64,000 bases of DNA from an uncultured Bacillales bacterium (GTDB taxonomy: Bacteria > Bacillota_I > Bacilli_A > RFN20 > CAG-288): NCBI GenBank assembly GCA_937896065.1, contig CALBLI010000060.1, forward strand, positions 1,990-65,989, given 5' to 3'. Position 1 is the stretch's first letter, and every line of letters begins with the position of its first letter. This document shows positions 19,665-29,220 of this stretch, piece after piece. The position numbers and the translations under genes are program-made. The notes under the pieces were generated by a model, which had not been told where the DNA came from, did no database searches, and saw nothing but the letters and a program-made list of their open reading frames with translations.

Positions 19665-22600
19665 TTACATTGATCTATAATTTATTCCATCAGGATTCCA
19701 AGTTGTATTATTTGTAAAACGTGAAGAATAATTATATATGGTCATTGATTTATTACAGCCTTTAACAGCATTACTTCCCATAGTTCTAACACTTTTTGGA
19801 ATATATAAAGCAGATAGCTTGTTACAATTTTCAAAAGCACTCGTTCCAATATTTGTCAATTTTGTAAAAAGATTTCTATTAGCTGCGTCAATAAAGAAAG
19901 TTGTCAAATTAGTACATCCTTTAAATGCATTATTTCCAATTGACGTAATAAATGATGCATCATCAGGACTAGAAGCTGAAACACCGCCAGTAATAGAAAC
20001 TAAACCAGTTGCATTTTCAAATGCACTCGCTGTAATAGTAGTTATTCTTCTATTAATTGCAACAGTTGTAACTTTAGTAATATCAAATAAATTTCGATAA
20101 TTATTAAGTAAATATTGATTACCTAAAGTGACGTTGGTTAAAGAAGTCATTCCTTTAAAAGTATTAGCAGGGACATCATTTAATCCACTTTTTATGCTAT
20201 CCGTTACAGTAATTCCACCAGTAATTAATTTAGTTACCTTGGTACAATTTTTAAAGGCATCTTTAGCAATAGTAGTTGTCTCATCTTTTATACTAATAGT
20301 TCCAGTCTTACCAGCAGGACATCTGATGAGCTCTTTAAAATTATTGTAATAAAGAACACCATTAGTAGATATATATTTTAAATTATTTGTACTGCTTGCA
20401 CAAAGGTTAACAACAGTATCATCAAAAGCTGAGAAATCAACTTTATCCTTATCAATATCATCAGGAATATAAAAACTAGTAATTGCTGTTCCTTTAAAAG
20501 CATCAGCTTTGATTTCCTTAATATAAGTTTTCATATTATAAAAGTCCATTGTAAGTTTACTGCATCCTTCAAATAAACCTTTTTCAATAGTAGTGTAATT
20601 ACTACTTTGTGGAAGTGGAAAAGATACTAATGAAGTACAGTTTTTAAAAGCACCTTCTCCAATTGATGTCAAATTAGTAGCACCTTGAAAACTTTTACTA
20701 TCAACTGTAGTAAGTGAAGTACAATCTTTAAAAGCATTTTTACCTATATTTTTTAATTTTACAAGGGCTCGATCAACTCCACTACTATCTGTAAGTTCAT
20801 TTTTAATTGTTGTTAATGCACTGCAACCTTCAAATGCATTATCACCAATGCTAACTAATTTAGTAGACACAGTTAGTGTTTTTAATGATTTACAATTTTT
20901 AAAAGCAGAGTTGCCAATCGTTACATCTTTAAATGAATAATCAGTAATAGTGAATGTTTCAAGATTATCAAGACCTTGGAAAAAGCCATCGGGGATATTA
21001 CTAACATGTTGTATTTGAATACTTCTAATTAATGAAGTATTAAAAAGATCATAAAAACTTTCCAATATATTTTGATTAATATTATATAACACAGTAATAT
21101 TTAAATCTTTAAATTCACCTTTAGGAAATGAAACATTATAACTAGATGTAAAGTTAAGAGTAGTTTGTTTTTTTAGCCATTCATTATCTTTTAAAGCACC
21201 AGGTAAAACTTTAGTGGCATTCGATCCAAAATCTAAACCAGTACTACCAAAAGTTATTTTAGCAGGAACTTTAATAACCGTAGTTCCATCTTTACTAAAT
21301 AACATATTGTGATAGTTAGCAAAATATGCATTTGAACTTGCAACTGCAATACCTGTTAAGCTACTAGCATGCATATAAGCAGCATCTGCTATTTCTGAAG
21401 TATCAGCTGATACATAAGAAGTAGTAGTCATCCTATTTACATGATAAAGTAATTTATACATAGAACCACTTGCATTCAGCTGATATAAATCGCCATAACT
21501 ATTAATTGAATAATTTTTATTACCACTTTCTACACTTATTTTAGTCAAGTTTTTAAATGAATCATAAGCACTATCTTTAACATTAGTGACTGTCTTTGGA
21601 ATAGTAATGCTAGTAGTATTTATAGCTTGAACTAAAGTATCTGGATATTTTTGATTGGTAGTTGGATCAACTTTAGCAAGATATAAAACACCATTTAAAT
21701 ATAAATAAGTTTGATTATCATCATCAAATGTCATTGTTGATAATTTACTACAGCCTGTGAATGCATTATTTCCAATATCGACTAAAGTATTAGGTAAATG
21801 AATAGTTGTTAAATTACTGCAGCCATTAAATGAATTATCACCAATCTCTTCAATATCTCTTGGTAAATTGACCATTTTTAAAGATGTACAACCATTAAAT
21901 AAATCAGCTGGTAATGATTTAATAGACAAAGGTAATGTTGGCTTAGTTAAAGCACTGCATCCTTTAAAAGCTGCTCTTCCAATACTCTTTAAACCATCTT
22001 TAAAAGTTGCAAAAACAAGAGATGTGCAGCCTTCAAATGCACTATTACCAACACTGACAAGTGAGTCATTTCCAGTAATTTGTGTAATATTAGTACAATC
22101 TTTAAAAGCATTATTTGCAATATGAGTTGTCTTATCAGATATTTTTATTTTGCCAGTTAATGTTTTAGGTGCTAAAAGTAAGGTGACTATTTCTTTTGAA
22201 TTACCATTTTCATCACTTATTGTTTCTTTCTTATATAAAATATTGTTTTCAACAAAGAAAATAGAATTACTTCCTTCTATGATTATAGATTCAATATTAC
22301 CAGTCCCTTCATCAAAAGCATAAGGGCTGATATTTTTGGTAGCAGAAGCTATTTTTACATTTTTAGAAGCTTCTATTGCAGAAGGACTAGTCCCTAAATA
22401 ATCTTTGGTTCTAAATAATAATGTATCGATTGTTGAACCGGTATCATTATTTTTATATAAACAATTATTAAGTACAGAATAATGGCCTCCATATGCTGTA
22501 TAACTTCCAGCCATCCTAATCGAATATATTCCATTAGCTTTTACATTATGAAGTGCAAAGGTTCCTATTTTTTTTGTAAATGATGGTAAATTAATTGCTC

Positions 22601-24389
22601 CAAATGTAGCCTCACTGAATGCATAGCTGTTGATTTGACCAATTGACTCTTGTAAATCAAAAAACTTTCGTTTTTTACCCTCGTATGAATTATATAGATC
22701 AGAATCTCTAACAACTGTTGAATCAAATGCATAACTATCAATAGTAATAACAGCCGTTTTAGTAGTGAAGAATTGATAATCAGAAGCATTAGCAGCACCT
22801 GAGTCCATTCTAATTTCTTGTATATTGGCAAAACTATATGGTGCTAAATATCTAATTGAACCTAAGCTGTTTTTAGCAGCAACTGTTAACATTTTACTAC
22901 CAGCAAAGCAGTACTCAGGAATATCAGTTAAAACAGTAGATGATTCAGGAGCAGTCAACTTAGTTAATGAACTATTCTCAAATGTATGCCTTCCTAAATT
23001 TCTCATCACTGTAGAAGCAATAGTGACTGTTTTTAAAACATTCTCATTTCTAAAAGCATTATCTTGAATCTCAACAACATCATATGTTTTAGAAACAGGA
23101 TTATTTGCATCGCTATTATCTGTATAAGTTATTGATTGAGGAATAAGCAAATCAGCAACTTTCTTTGTTGGATCAAAGCCAATTATTTTCACTTGTGTAT
23201 CATTTAGTGGCTTATATCTTAAATTTTCATAAGTAAATACTTTATCGTTATCATTAGCTGATAATTCAACCTCAATCTCTTCAGGATTAAATTCTTGATC
23301 AAAGGTATCAGGAAGTATTTTTGCTTCAACTTCGATTAATGCATCAGTTTTATTAATCCCTTTGAAGGCATTTTTAGCAACAGTTGTAACATTTTTTGGA
23401 ATAAATACTCTCTTCAATTTAACACAATTTAAGAACGCATTATGTTCAATTGTAGTCATAGTAGTAGGAATGTAAACGTAATTTAAATTACTGCATCCTG
23501 AAAAGGTCATATACGAAATAGAAGTGACTGCATCAGGATAAACAAAGGAGATTAAAGACGTGCAATCTTTAAATGCCCATGGTCCTATATATGTGACCGT
23601 TTTAGGAATAGCAATTTTTGAAATGCCAGTTTTTGAAAAAGCACCAGCTCCAATAGTTGTCAAATATGGGGGAAGAGAAATATCTTTTAATGCAGAGCAG
23701 TTAAAGAAAGCTCCTTCTCTGATGCTGGTAACGCTTTTGGGAATAGATACTTCCGTAATTTTGCTACAGTTTGCTAAAGCATAAGCACCGATATAAGTGA
23801 GTGAGTTAGGTATTTGAACTTCTTTGGTATATCCAGCAGGACATAAAAGAAGCTCTGTCAAATTATAATTATAAATAATCCCATCTTGTGAAGCAAAATA
23901 TGGATTTAAATCACTAACATAAAAGCTAGTTAAATTAGAGCATGCTGCAAAAGCTTGTGTGCCAATCTGTTCAATGCTTTTTGGAATAGTGACCTCCTTT
24001 AAAGCATTGCAGCCTGCAAATGCATTATCAGCAATTCTTGTTACAGTATAATCTTCATCATTGATTGTCAAAATAGAAGGAATATTGATTTTAGTAAGAG
24101 TTTTATTAGCAGAATTAATGATTGTCACTTCACTATTTGTAACATTTAGCTCATAAACAAAATCACTAGCATTAGCTTTTTTTACTTCTTCATATTTGTT
24201 GTTTTTATTGTTTGAAGAATCATCGTCTTCTTTTTTATTATCTTCAGTTTCATTTTTCAAAGCATCATCACTTGAAGTATCGCTTACTTTGATTGAAGGA
24301 AAATCAATTGTTTTCTTTTTATCAACACTACAACTAGCAGAAAGAAGTAAAGTCAACATAACTAGAGAAATGTATTTTTTGTTAGCCAT
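19665..24389 (-). CDS. Giant (1574 aa) BspA-type leucine-rich-repeat surface lipoprotein
   Basis: Signal peptide plus lipobox LLLSASC; dozens of ~23-aa repeats of the form IP.SVT.IG..AF..C..L..V (NAFAGCNALKEVTIPKSIEQIGTQAFAACSNLTSF...); RBS GTGAGGT 7 nt before the ATG. Confidence 0.85.
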   Translation of the reverse strand: MANKKYISLVMLTLLLSASCSVDKKKTIDFPSIKVSDTSSDDALKNETEDNKKEDDDSSNNKNNKYEEVKKANASDFVYELNVTNSEVTIINSANKTLTKINIPSILTINDEDYTVTRIADNAFAGCNALKEVTIPKSIEQIGTQAFAACSNLTSFYVSDLNPYFASQDGIIYNYNLTELLLCPAGYTKEVQIPNSLTYIGAYALANCSKITEVSIPKSVTSIREGAFFNCSALKDISLPPYLTTIGAGAFSKTGISKIAIPKTVTYIGPWAFKDCTSLISFVYPDAVTSISYMTFSGCSNLNYVYIPTTMTTIEHNAFLNCVKLKRVFIPKNVTTVAKNAFKGINKTDALIEVEAKILPDTFDQEFNPEEIEVELSANDNDKVFTYENLRYKPLNDTQVKIIGFDPTKKVADLLIPQSITYTDNSDANNPVSKTYDVVEIQDNAFRNENVLKTVTIASTVMRNLGRHTFENSSLTKLTAPESSTVLTDIPEYCFAGSKMLTVAAKNSLGSIRYLAPYSFANIQEIRMDSGAANASDYQFFTTKTAVITIDSYAFDSTVVRDSDLYNSYEGKKRKFFDLQESIGQINSYAFSEATFGAINLPSFTKKIGTFALHNVKANGIYSIRMAGSYTAYGGHYSVLNNCLYKNNDTGSTIDTLLFRTKDYLGTSPSAIEASKNVKIASATKNISPYAFDEGTGNIESIIIEGSNSIFFVENNILYKKETISDENGNSKEIVTLLLAPKTLTGKIKISDKTTHIANNAFKDCTNITQITGNDSLVSVGNSAFEGCTSLVFATFKDGLKSIGRAAFKGCSALTKPTLPLSIKSLPADLFNGCTSLKMVNLPRDIEEIGDNSFNGCSNLTTIHLPNTLVDIGNNAFTGCSKLSTMTFDDDNQTYLYLNGVLYLAKVDPTTNQKYPDTLVQAINTTSITIPKTVTNVKDSAYDSFKNLTKISVESGNKNYSINSYGDLYQLNASGSMYKLLYHVNRMTTTSYVSADTSEIADAAYMHASSLTGIAVASSNAYFANYHNMLFSKDGTTVIKVPAKITFGSTGLDFGSNATKVLPGALKDNEWLKKQTTLNFTSSYNVSFPKGEFKDLNITVLYNINQNILESFYDLFNTSLIRSIQIQHVSNIPDGFFQGLDNLETFTITDYSFKDVTIGNSAFKNCKSLKTLTVSTKLVSIGDNAFEGCSALTTIKNELTDSSGVDRALVKLKNIGKNAFKDCTSLTTVDSKSFQGATNLTSIGEGAFKNCTSLVSFPLPQSSNYTTIEKGLFEGCSKLTMDFYNMKTYIKEIKADAFKGTAITSFYIPDDIDKDKVDFSAFDDTVVNLCASSTNNLKYISTNGVLYYNNFKELIRCPAGKTGTISIKDETTTIAKDAFKNCTKVTKLITGGITVTDSIKSGLNDVPANTFKGMTSLTNVTLGNQYLLNNYRNLFDITKVTTVAINRRITTITASAFENATGLVSITGGVSASSPDDASFITSIGNNAFKGCTNLTTFFIDAANRNLFTKLTNIGTSAFENCNKLSALYIPKSVRTMGSNAVKGCNKSMTIYNYSSRFTNNTTWNPDGINYRSM

Positions 24390-24511
24390 AATAGTACCTC
24401 ACTAAAAAAAATGAAATAAATTCATCTAAAATTATAGCACAATTCATGTACAAAAGCAGTTTAATATATAAAATTTATATATAAATATATAAATACAACT
24501 ATCAACAATGA

Positions 24512-24587
24512 TGGTGGACCTGAAGAGGATCGAACTCTCTACCTAATCGTTGCGAACGATTTGCTCTACCAAGTGAGCTACAGGCCC
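24512..24587 (-). tRNA. tRNA-Ala (anticodon CGC), CCA encoded
   Basis: Reverse complement GGGCCTG-TA-GCTC-ACTTGGTA-GAGC-A-AATCG-TTCGCAA-CGATT-AGGTA-GAGAG-TTCGATC-CTCTT-CAGGTCC-A-CCA; the G3:U70 alanine identity pair is present. Confidence 0.85.
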
Positions 24588-24778
24588 AGCTAGTAAATAC
24601 TATCACAAATCTTTAAATATTTAAATATTTATTAAAAAATAACTTTTAATTATTTTATTTCAAATTTTATAATCAAAATAAAGTTGTAAATTGTAATAAT
24701 ATATGTAAATAACTATTTTTTTAATTAACGTTCGAATTATTTATTTAAATGATAATTAAATATATTTTTTTTGCTCTA

Positions 24779-24807
24779 TTGATAATATATTAATTGATAT
24801 TTATAAT
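24779..24807 (+). promoter_or_regulatory. Near-consensus sigma-70-type promoter TTGATA-17-TATAAT
   Basis: -35 at 24779-24784, -10 at 24802-24807; the predicted transcription start is only a few nt from the ATG at 24817, so the transcript would be leaderless. Confidence 0.6.
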
Positions 24808-24816
24808 ATTTATACG

Positions 24817-24978
24817 ATGAATACAGATAAAAAAATAGAAGAAAAAGAAATCGAAGAAGAACAGTATTTCTTTGATCAGCCAGTTGTTTGCTCTAATTGT
24901 CATGCATTTAATAAAGTTGGTGATAAATATTGCAGATGTTGTGGTCACTCTTTAAAGCAAAATAAATCTAACGATTAG
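24817..24978 (+). CDS. 53-aa zinc-ribbon microprotein (CxxC-x15-CxxC-type, paired cysteines)
   Basis: MNTDKKIEEKEIEEEQYFFDQPVVCSNCHAFNKVGDKYCRCCGHSLKQNKSND; below the ORF-track length cutoff; the stop codon TAG is followed 1 nt later by the priA ATG; no Shine-Dalgarno sequence. Confidence 0.5.
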   Translation: MNTDKKIEEKEIEEEQYFFDQPVVCSNCHAFNKVGDKYCRCCGHSLKQNKSND

Positions 24979-24979
24979 T

Positions 24980-27199
24980 ATGTTTTATATATATAAAGTG
25001 CTTATTGGTCGCAAGGTATTAGCTCTTGATAGACCCCTTTCATATTATTATGAAGATGACTCAATTAAAAAAGGCATGCGTGTTTTAGTTGATTTAAAAA
25101 ATTCAAAAGACGTCATATCACTAGTTGTTGATGAGCCTATTTTAATTGAATCATCAATTGAAGAATATGAAAAAGAAAATAGTATCAAATTATCTAAAAT
25201 AAAAAAAAGAGTAGATGATGTCTCCCTTCTTAGTGATAAACAGTTTGAACTTGCTTATCAGATTAAAGAATATTATAAATGTTCTCTTTTATCGATAGTT
25301 GATTGTTTCCTTCCACCAGCTTTAAAAGCAAATAAATCTTCAGTAAATAAAGCTACTAAAGCTACAACTATAACTTATATTGAGATAAATAAAGATATTA
25401 ATTGTGATTTATCAATGCTTAATAAAAATGAACAAGCTTTATTTAATAAAATAAAAACTAATAATGAGTTAACTTTATCCAAGGTAACTGCAAAAAAAGC
25501 ACTTGACAGCTTGCTTAATAAAAAAATATTAGTCAAAGTTGAAAAGACATTAGCAGAAGTTCATTCTCTTGAAAGCAGCAAATTGATTGATTTTGACTTA
25601 ACTTCAGCTCAGCAAAATTCATTTGACTATATTTTAAATACTGATAAGAAAGTTACCCTTCTTCATGGCGTGACAGGAAGTGGTAAAACAGCTATTTACA
25701 TAAAGCTTATTGATTATTATTTAAAGCTTGATAAAAGTGTCATTGTTCTTATTCCTGAAATATCGCTCACTAGTCAAAATGCAGGTATTCTTCTTAAACA
25801 CTATAAAGATGAACTTGTCATTTTAAATTCTTCTGTTTCTAGCGGTTTAAAATATGAGAATTATCTTGACATATTAAATGGCAAGAAAAGAGTTATTCTA
25901 GGAACAAGAAGTGCTATTTTTGCACCTGTTAAAAATTTAGGTCTTATCATCATTGACGAAGAGCATTCATCAACATATAAACAAGATAAAATTCCTTTCT
26001 ATGATGCGAGAACTGTTTCAATAATGCTAGCAAATAATACTGGTTGTAAAGTAGTATTTGCTTCAGCAACGCCTTCTCTTGTAACAATGGCAAAGGCAAG
26101 TAAAGGAATATATGGCTATACAAAGCTTACTGCACCCTTTTCAAAAATTGTAAATAGAGATATCAAAATAGTTGATATGAATGATTTAAAAAACTTTGAT
26201 CCATATACATCAAATATTATTTCAAAGACGTTAAAAGAAGAAATAAGCAAAACTATAGTAAAAAAAGAGCAAGTTCTAGTATTAATCAATAGACGCGGAT
26301 ATTCGCCGCTTGTAATGTGTACAAGTTGCAATAAAGTAGCTAAATGTCCAAATTGTGATGTACCTTTAGTTTATCATAAAAAAACTGGACTTTTGAAATG
26401 CCATCACTGCAATTATCAAATTTCAAAAGCTGAGTACAAATGTCAGTGTGGAAATACTGACTTACTTGAGGTTGGTTATGGAACTGAAAGAATATCACAA
26501 GAACTGAAAGCACTATTTCCAAACTACAAAATAACTCAACTTGATTCAGATATCTCAAGTAAAAAAGTAAGAGATGAAACTTTAGAATTATTTTCAACAG
26601 GTGATATTGATATTTTAGTTGGAACATCACTCCTTTCAAAAGGGCATGATTTTGAAAACGTCACTTTAGCAAGTATTGTTGATATTGATTCATCTTTGAC
26701 TTTGCCTTCTTATAAAGCCGGCGAAGATACTTTTGATTTATTATCTCAATTTGTAGGAAGAACAGGACGTGGTAAAAAGAAAGCAACTGTTTTAATTCAA
26801 ACAATGGTCAAAGAAAATTTGATTATCAATCTTGCTTTAAAGCAAGATTATGATTCATTTTATAAATATGAAATGAATGAAAGAAAAAAATATAAATATC
26901 CACCATACACATATTTGACAATGATTTATATCTCAAGTTATGATTTAAAACAGCTGTTAAATAAAACAAATCAGTTAAGATTATTCTTAGCTAATGCTTG
27001 TTTAAATAAAAGAATTGATGTGTTAGGACCAATAACTCCATATATTCCACACATAAATAATAAATTTTCACGACAATTTTTGTTAAAATATAAATGCTAC
27101 GATGATATATCATCTATTCTTGATGATTTAAATAATATTAAGATGAATGAAAAAGAAGTTGATATATCAATCAATGTTGATCCAGTATATGAATTATAA
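24980..27199 (+). CDS. priA: Primosomal protein N' (PriA helicase)
   Basis: Walker A HGVTGSGKT, DEEH box IIDEEHSS, Cys-rich zinc-binding region CTSCNKVAKCPNCDVPLVYHKKTGLLKCHHCNY. Confidence 0.92.
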   Translation: MFYIYKVLIGRKVLALDRPLSYYYEDDSIKKGMRVLVDLKNSKDVISLVVDEPILIESSIEEYEKENSIKLSKIKKRVDDVSLLSDKQFELAYQIKEYYKCSLLSIVDCFLPPALKANKSSVNKATKATTITYIEINKDINCDLSMLNKNEQALFNKIKTNNELTLSKVTAKKALDSLLNKKILVKVEKTLAEVHSLESSKLIDFDLTSAQQNSFDYILNTDKKVTLLHGVTGSGKTAIYIKLIDYYLKLDKSVIVLIPEISLTSQNAGILLKHYKDELVILNSSVSSGLKYENYLDILNGKKRVILGTRSAIFAPVKNLGLIIIDEEHSSTYKQDKIPFYDARTVSIMLANNTGCKVVFASATPSLVTMAKASKGIYGYTKLTAPFSKIVNRDIKIVDMNDLKNFDPYTSNIISKTLKEEISKTIVKKEQVLVLINRRGYSPLVMCTSCNKVAKCPNCDVPLVYHKKTGLLKCHHCNYQISKAEYKCQCGNTDLLEVGYGTERISQELKALFPNYKITQLDSDISSKKVRDETLELFSTGDIDILVGTSLLSKGHDFENVTLASIVDIDSSLTLPSYKAGEDTFDLLSQFVGRTGRGKKKATVLIQTMVKENLIINLALKQDYDSFYKYEMNERKKYKYPPYTYLTMIYISSYDLKQLLNKTNQLRLFLANACLNKRIDVLGPITPYIPHINNKFSRQFLLKYKCYDDISSILDDLNNIKMNEKEVDISINVDPVYEL

Positions 27200-27208
27200 G
27201 GAGGCTAT

Positions 27209-27769
27209 ATGATCGTAATAGATATGATGGGTATTGATACAATTATGGCAATATCTGAAGAAAAGAAAGTTCACAAAGATTTATGTGCTATTTATTCAAT
27301 TGAAGAAGACGAGCTCATCTTCAGAGCAATTGAAGGTTATGTTATTCACAATGGAGTTGAGCAAACTTCTTTTCTTCTTTCTTTAGAAATACAAGCACCA
27401 ACTGAATTTATTGATAAAGAAGATGAGGTGAAAGCATATTTATATAATGCTTTTAAAGATGTATCTATTCATAAAAGAATATTATTCAAATATTTTGATG
27501 CAGAAAGAGAAACTGTTTTCAAAGATGAAACTTATCCTTTATATATGTCTGATAAAAATGTGGTTCATATTGAAAATGATCATAATCACGATGAAGAAGA
27601 TGAAGAAGAATATTATCAGCAAACCTATGAAGAACCATATATGGGTGATATCTTATCAGAATTTGATAATTATATAAAAGAGCATCCTGATGCGAGTAAT
27701 AAAGAAGTCTATGATGCATTATCAGGAATCAGAAAAGAAGTAAATAATAAAAACAAAAGGAGAAAATAA
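27209..27769 (+). CDS. Hypothetical acidic cytoplasmic protein (186 aa)
   Basis: RBS AAGGAGG 5 nt before the ATG; long open frame; His/Asp/Glu-rich C-terminal half; no family recognised. Confidence 0.6.
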   Translation: MIVIDMMGIDTIMAISEEKKVHKDLCAIYSIEEDELIFRAIEGYVIHNGVEQTSFLLSLEIQAPTEFIDKEDEVKAYLYNAFKDVSIHKRILFKYFDAERETVFKDETYPLYMSDKNVVHIENDHNHDEEDEEEYYQQTYEEPYMGDILSEFDNYIKEHPDASNKEVYDALSGIRKEVNNKNKRRK

Positions 27770-27770
27770 C

Positions 27771-28442
27771 ATGGATGATAATATTTATGAAACACTCATT
27801 GAAAGTAAAGTAAATGGTACTTTTAAAGATGTAACTAAACTTTTAAATAACAAAGAGGCTTTAGATTATACAGCTGATAATATTATCAAACAACTAGGAG
27901 AGCATGCAGATGAAATAGATAAAATCGTCTGCCCTTTTGATGATGATATTTTTGCTAGTTTCTTAGCAGAAAAAATGAAAATTGATGTGATCAAAATGAA
28001 TCCATATGAAGGAACATGCGATAAAGATATTTCAAAAGGTGAAAAAGTAATAATTGTAGGAACCGCTTTATGTGGTGGATCGCTTTATTATTCAATGTAT
28101 TCACTTCTTGAATACCATCATGTTGAAACATTAGGTTTTGTCTATATTGTTGAAAAAGTATGGCATCGTGGAAGATATAAACTTGCTGATTCAATAACTT
28201 CTCCTTTACCACTTGGTGTTATCTCCGCCATCAAATATGGAGCAACAACTGGAATTTATGTCAAATTTGATTGCTCTAAAAACAATTTAGGAATCAGAAT
28301 CTTTAAAGTCTTATCACTTCATGATAATGAAGTTGGTGTCAATTGGCTTGATGGCCCACGCCCATGTGAAAAGAAATTCCCAATTGAAAGGATCATTGAA
28401 ATATCATTCAATAGAAAAGACTGGTTTAAATATCATAATTAA
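27771..28442 (+). CDS. Hypothetical protein with a degenerate type-I phosphoribosyltransferase-like fold
   Basis: RBS AAAGGAG; the segment IDKIVCPFDDDIFASFLAEKMKIDVIKMNPYEG...GEKVIIVGTALCGGSL...VETLGFVYIVE parallels XPRT/APRT architecture, but the PRPP loop is changed (DD to GT; TGGT to CGGS). Confidence 0.55.
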   Translation: MDDNIYETLIESKVNGTFKDVTKLLNNKEALDYTADNIIKQLGEHADEIDKIVCPFDDDIFASFLAEKMKIDVIKMNPYEGTCDKDISKGEKVIIVGTALCGGSLYYSMYSLLEYHHVETLGFVYIVEKVWHRGRYKLADSITSPLPLGVISAIKYGATTGIYVKFDCSKNNLGIRIFKVLSLHDNEVGVNWLDGPRPCEKKFPIERIIEISFNRKDWFKYHN

Positions 28443-28804
28443 CAATCAACAGAGTCAATCTTACTGATATTATCAATCAAATAAGAATCAAATGAAAAAG
28501 AGAATTCGTATTCTTTTTCATCACCTATAAAGTTCATCCCTAAATATTTGAGATGAACTTTTTTATTTTGGTAATCAATATCACCTTCTAGATATTTATA
28601 ATTATCCGCTTCACAGCCAGTAATTTTTAAATCAGTGACATTTATAAATTTAATTGACATAAATGATAGTGATAAATATTCCATATCATCATCTTTATTA
28701 TCATAGTCATCTTCATATAAAAGATTCAAATAAAGATCATTATCATCTTTTTTCAAACTATGAAAATAACATTTTTTTATATTGATTTGCTTATTATTTT
28801 CCAT
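28439..28804 (-). CDS. Hypothetical small cytoplasmic protein (121 aa)
   Basis: Open frame that overlaps the upstream membrane-protein gene by 11 nt, suggesting an operon. Confidence 0.5.
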   Translation of the reverse strand: MENNKQINIKKCYFHSLKKDDNDLYLNLLYEDDYDNKDDDMEYLSLSFMSIKFINVTDLKITGCEADNYKYLEGDIDYQNKKVHLKYLGMNFIGDEKEYEFSFSFDSYLIDNISKIDSVDC

Positions 28805-29171
28805 CTTGTTTTTCTTTAATTTTATTTTTTAAATCATCTTCTTTATTAATTTCAACTATAGGTTCTTTTTTAACTTCATCACTTTTTATTTGAACTTTCT
28901 TAAAGAAAAGATAATAAATAAATAAAGCCGTCAATAAAATAGTGACTATCCAAAATAAAACAAGTACTGATATATCAGCATTTGTAGGGCCAACGGTCTC
29001 CAATTCATTTTTAGAATTATTGCTATCACCAAATAATGTTAATCCTGATGCAATTTTAACTGACATTGAGATAGTAAAATGAAGTCCAACTACCACCATA
29101 ATAAACATGCTTACTATGATAATCCAAGTAGAGAGATTAAAATTTTTAAAACGTTTAAAATAATTTTTCAT
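28794..29171 (-). CDS. Hypothetical two-TM membrane protein (125 aa)
   Basis: Two hydrophobic helices; K/E-rich C-terminal tail. Confidence 0.5.
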   Translation of the reverse strand: MKNYFKRFKNFNLSTWIIIVSMFIMVVVGLHFTISMSVKIASGLTLFGDSNNSKNELETVGPTNADISVLVLFWIVTILLTALFIYYLFFKKVQIKSDEVKKEPIVEINKEDDLKNKIKEKQDGK

Positions 29172-29191
29172 ATATATATATTATTTTTAAA

Positions 29192-29215
29192 ATTGCTTCA
29201 TTTTAATGAAGCAAT
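29192..29215 (-). terminator. Hairpin downstream of yebC (possible weak terminator)
   Basis: Perfect 10-bp inverted repeat attgcttcat-ttta-atgaagcaat; on the minus strand only T3 follows, so it is marginal. Confidence 0.4.
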
Positions 29216-29220
29216 CATAT

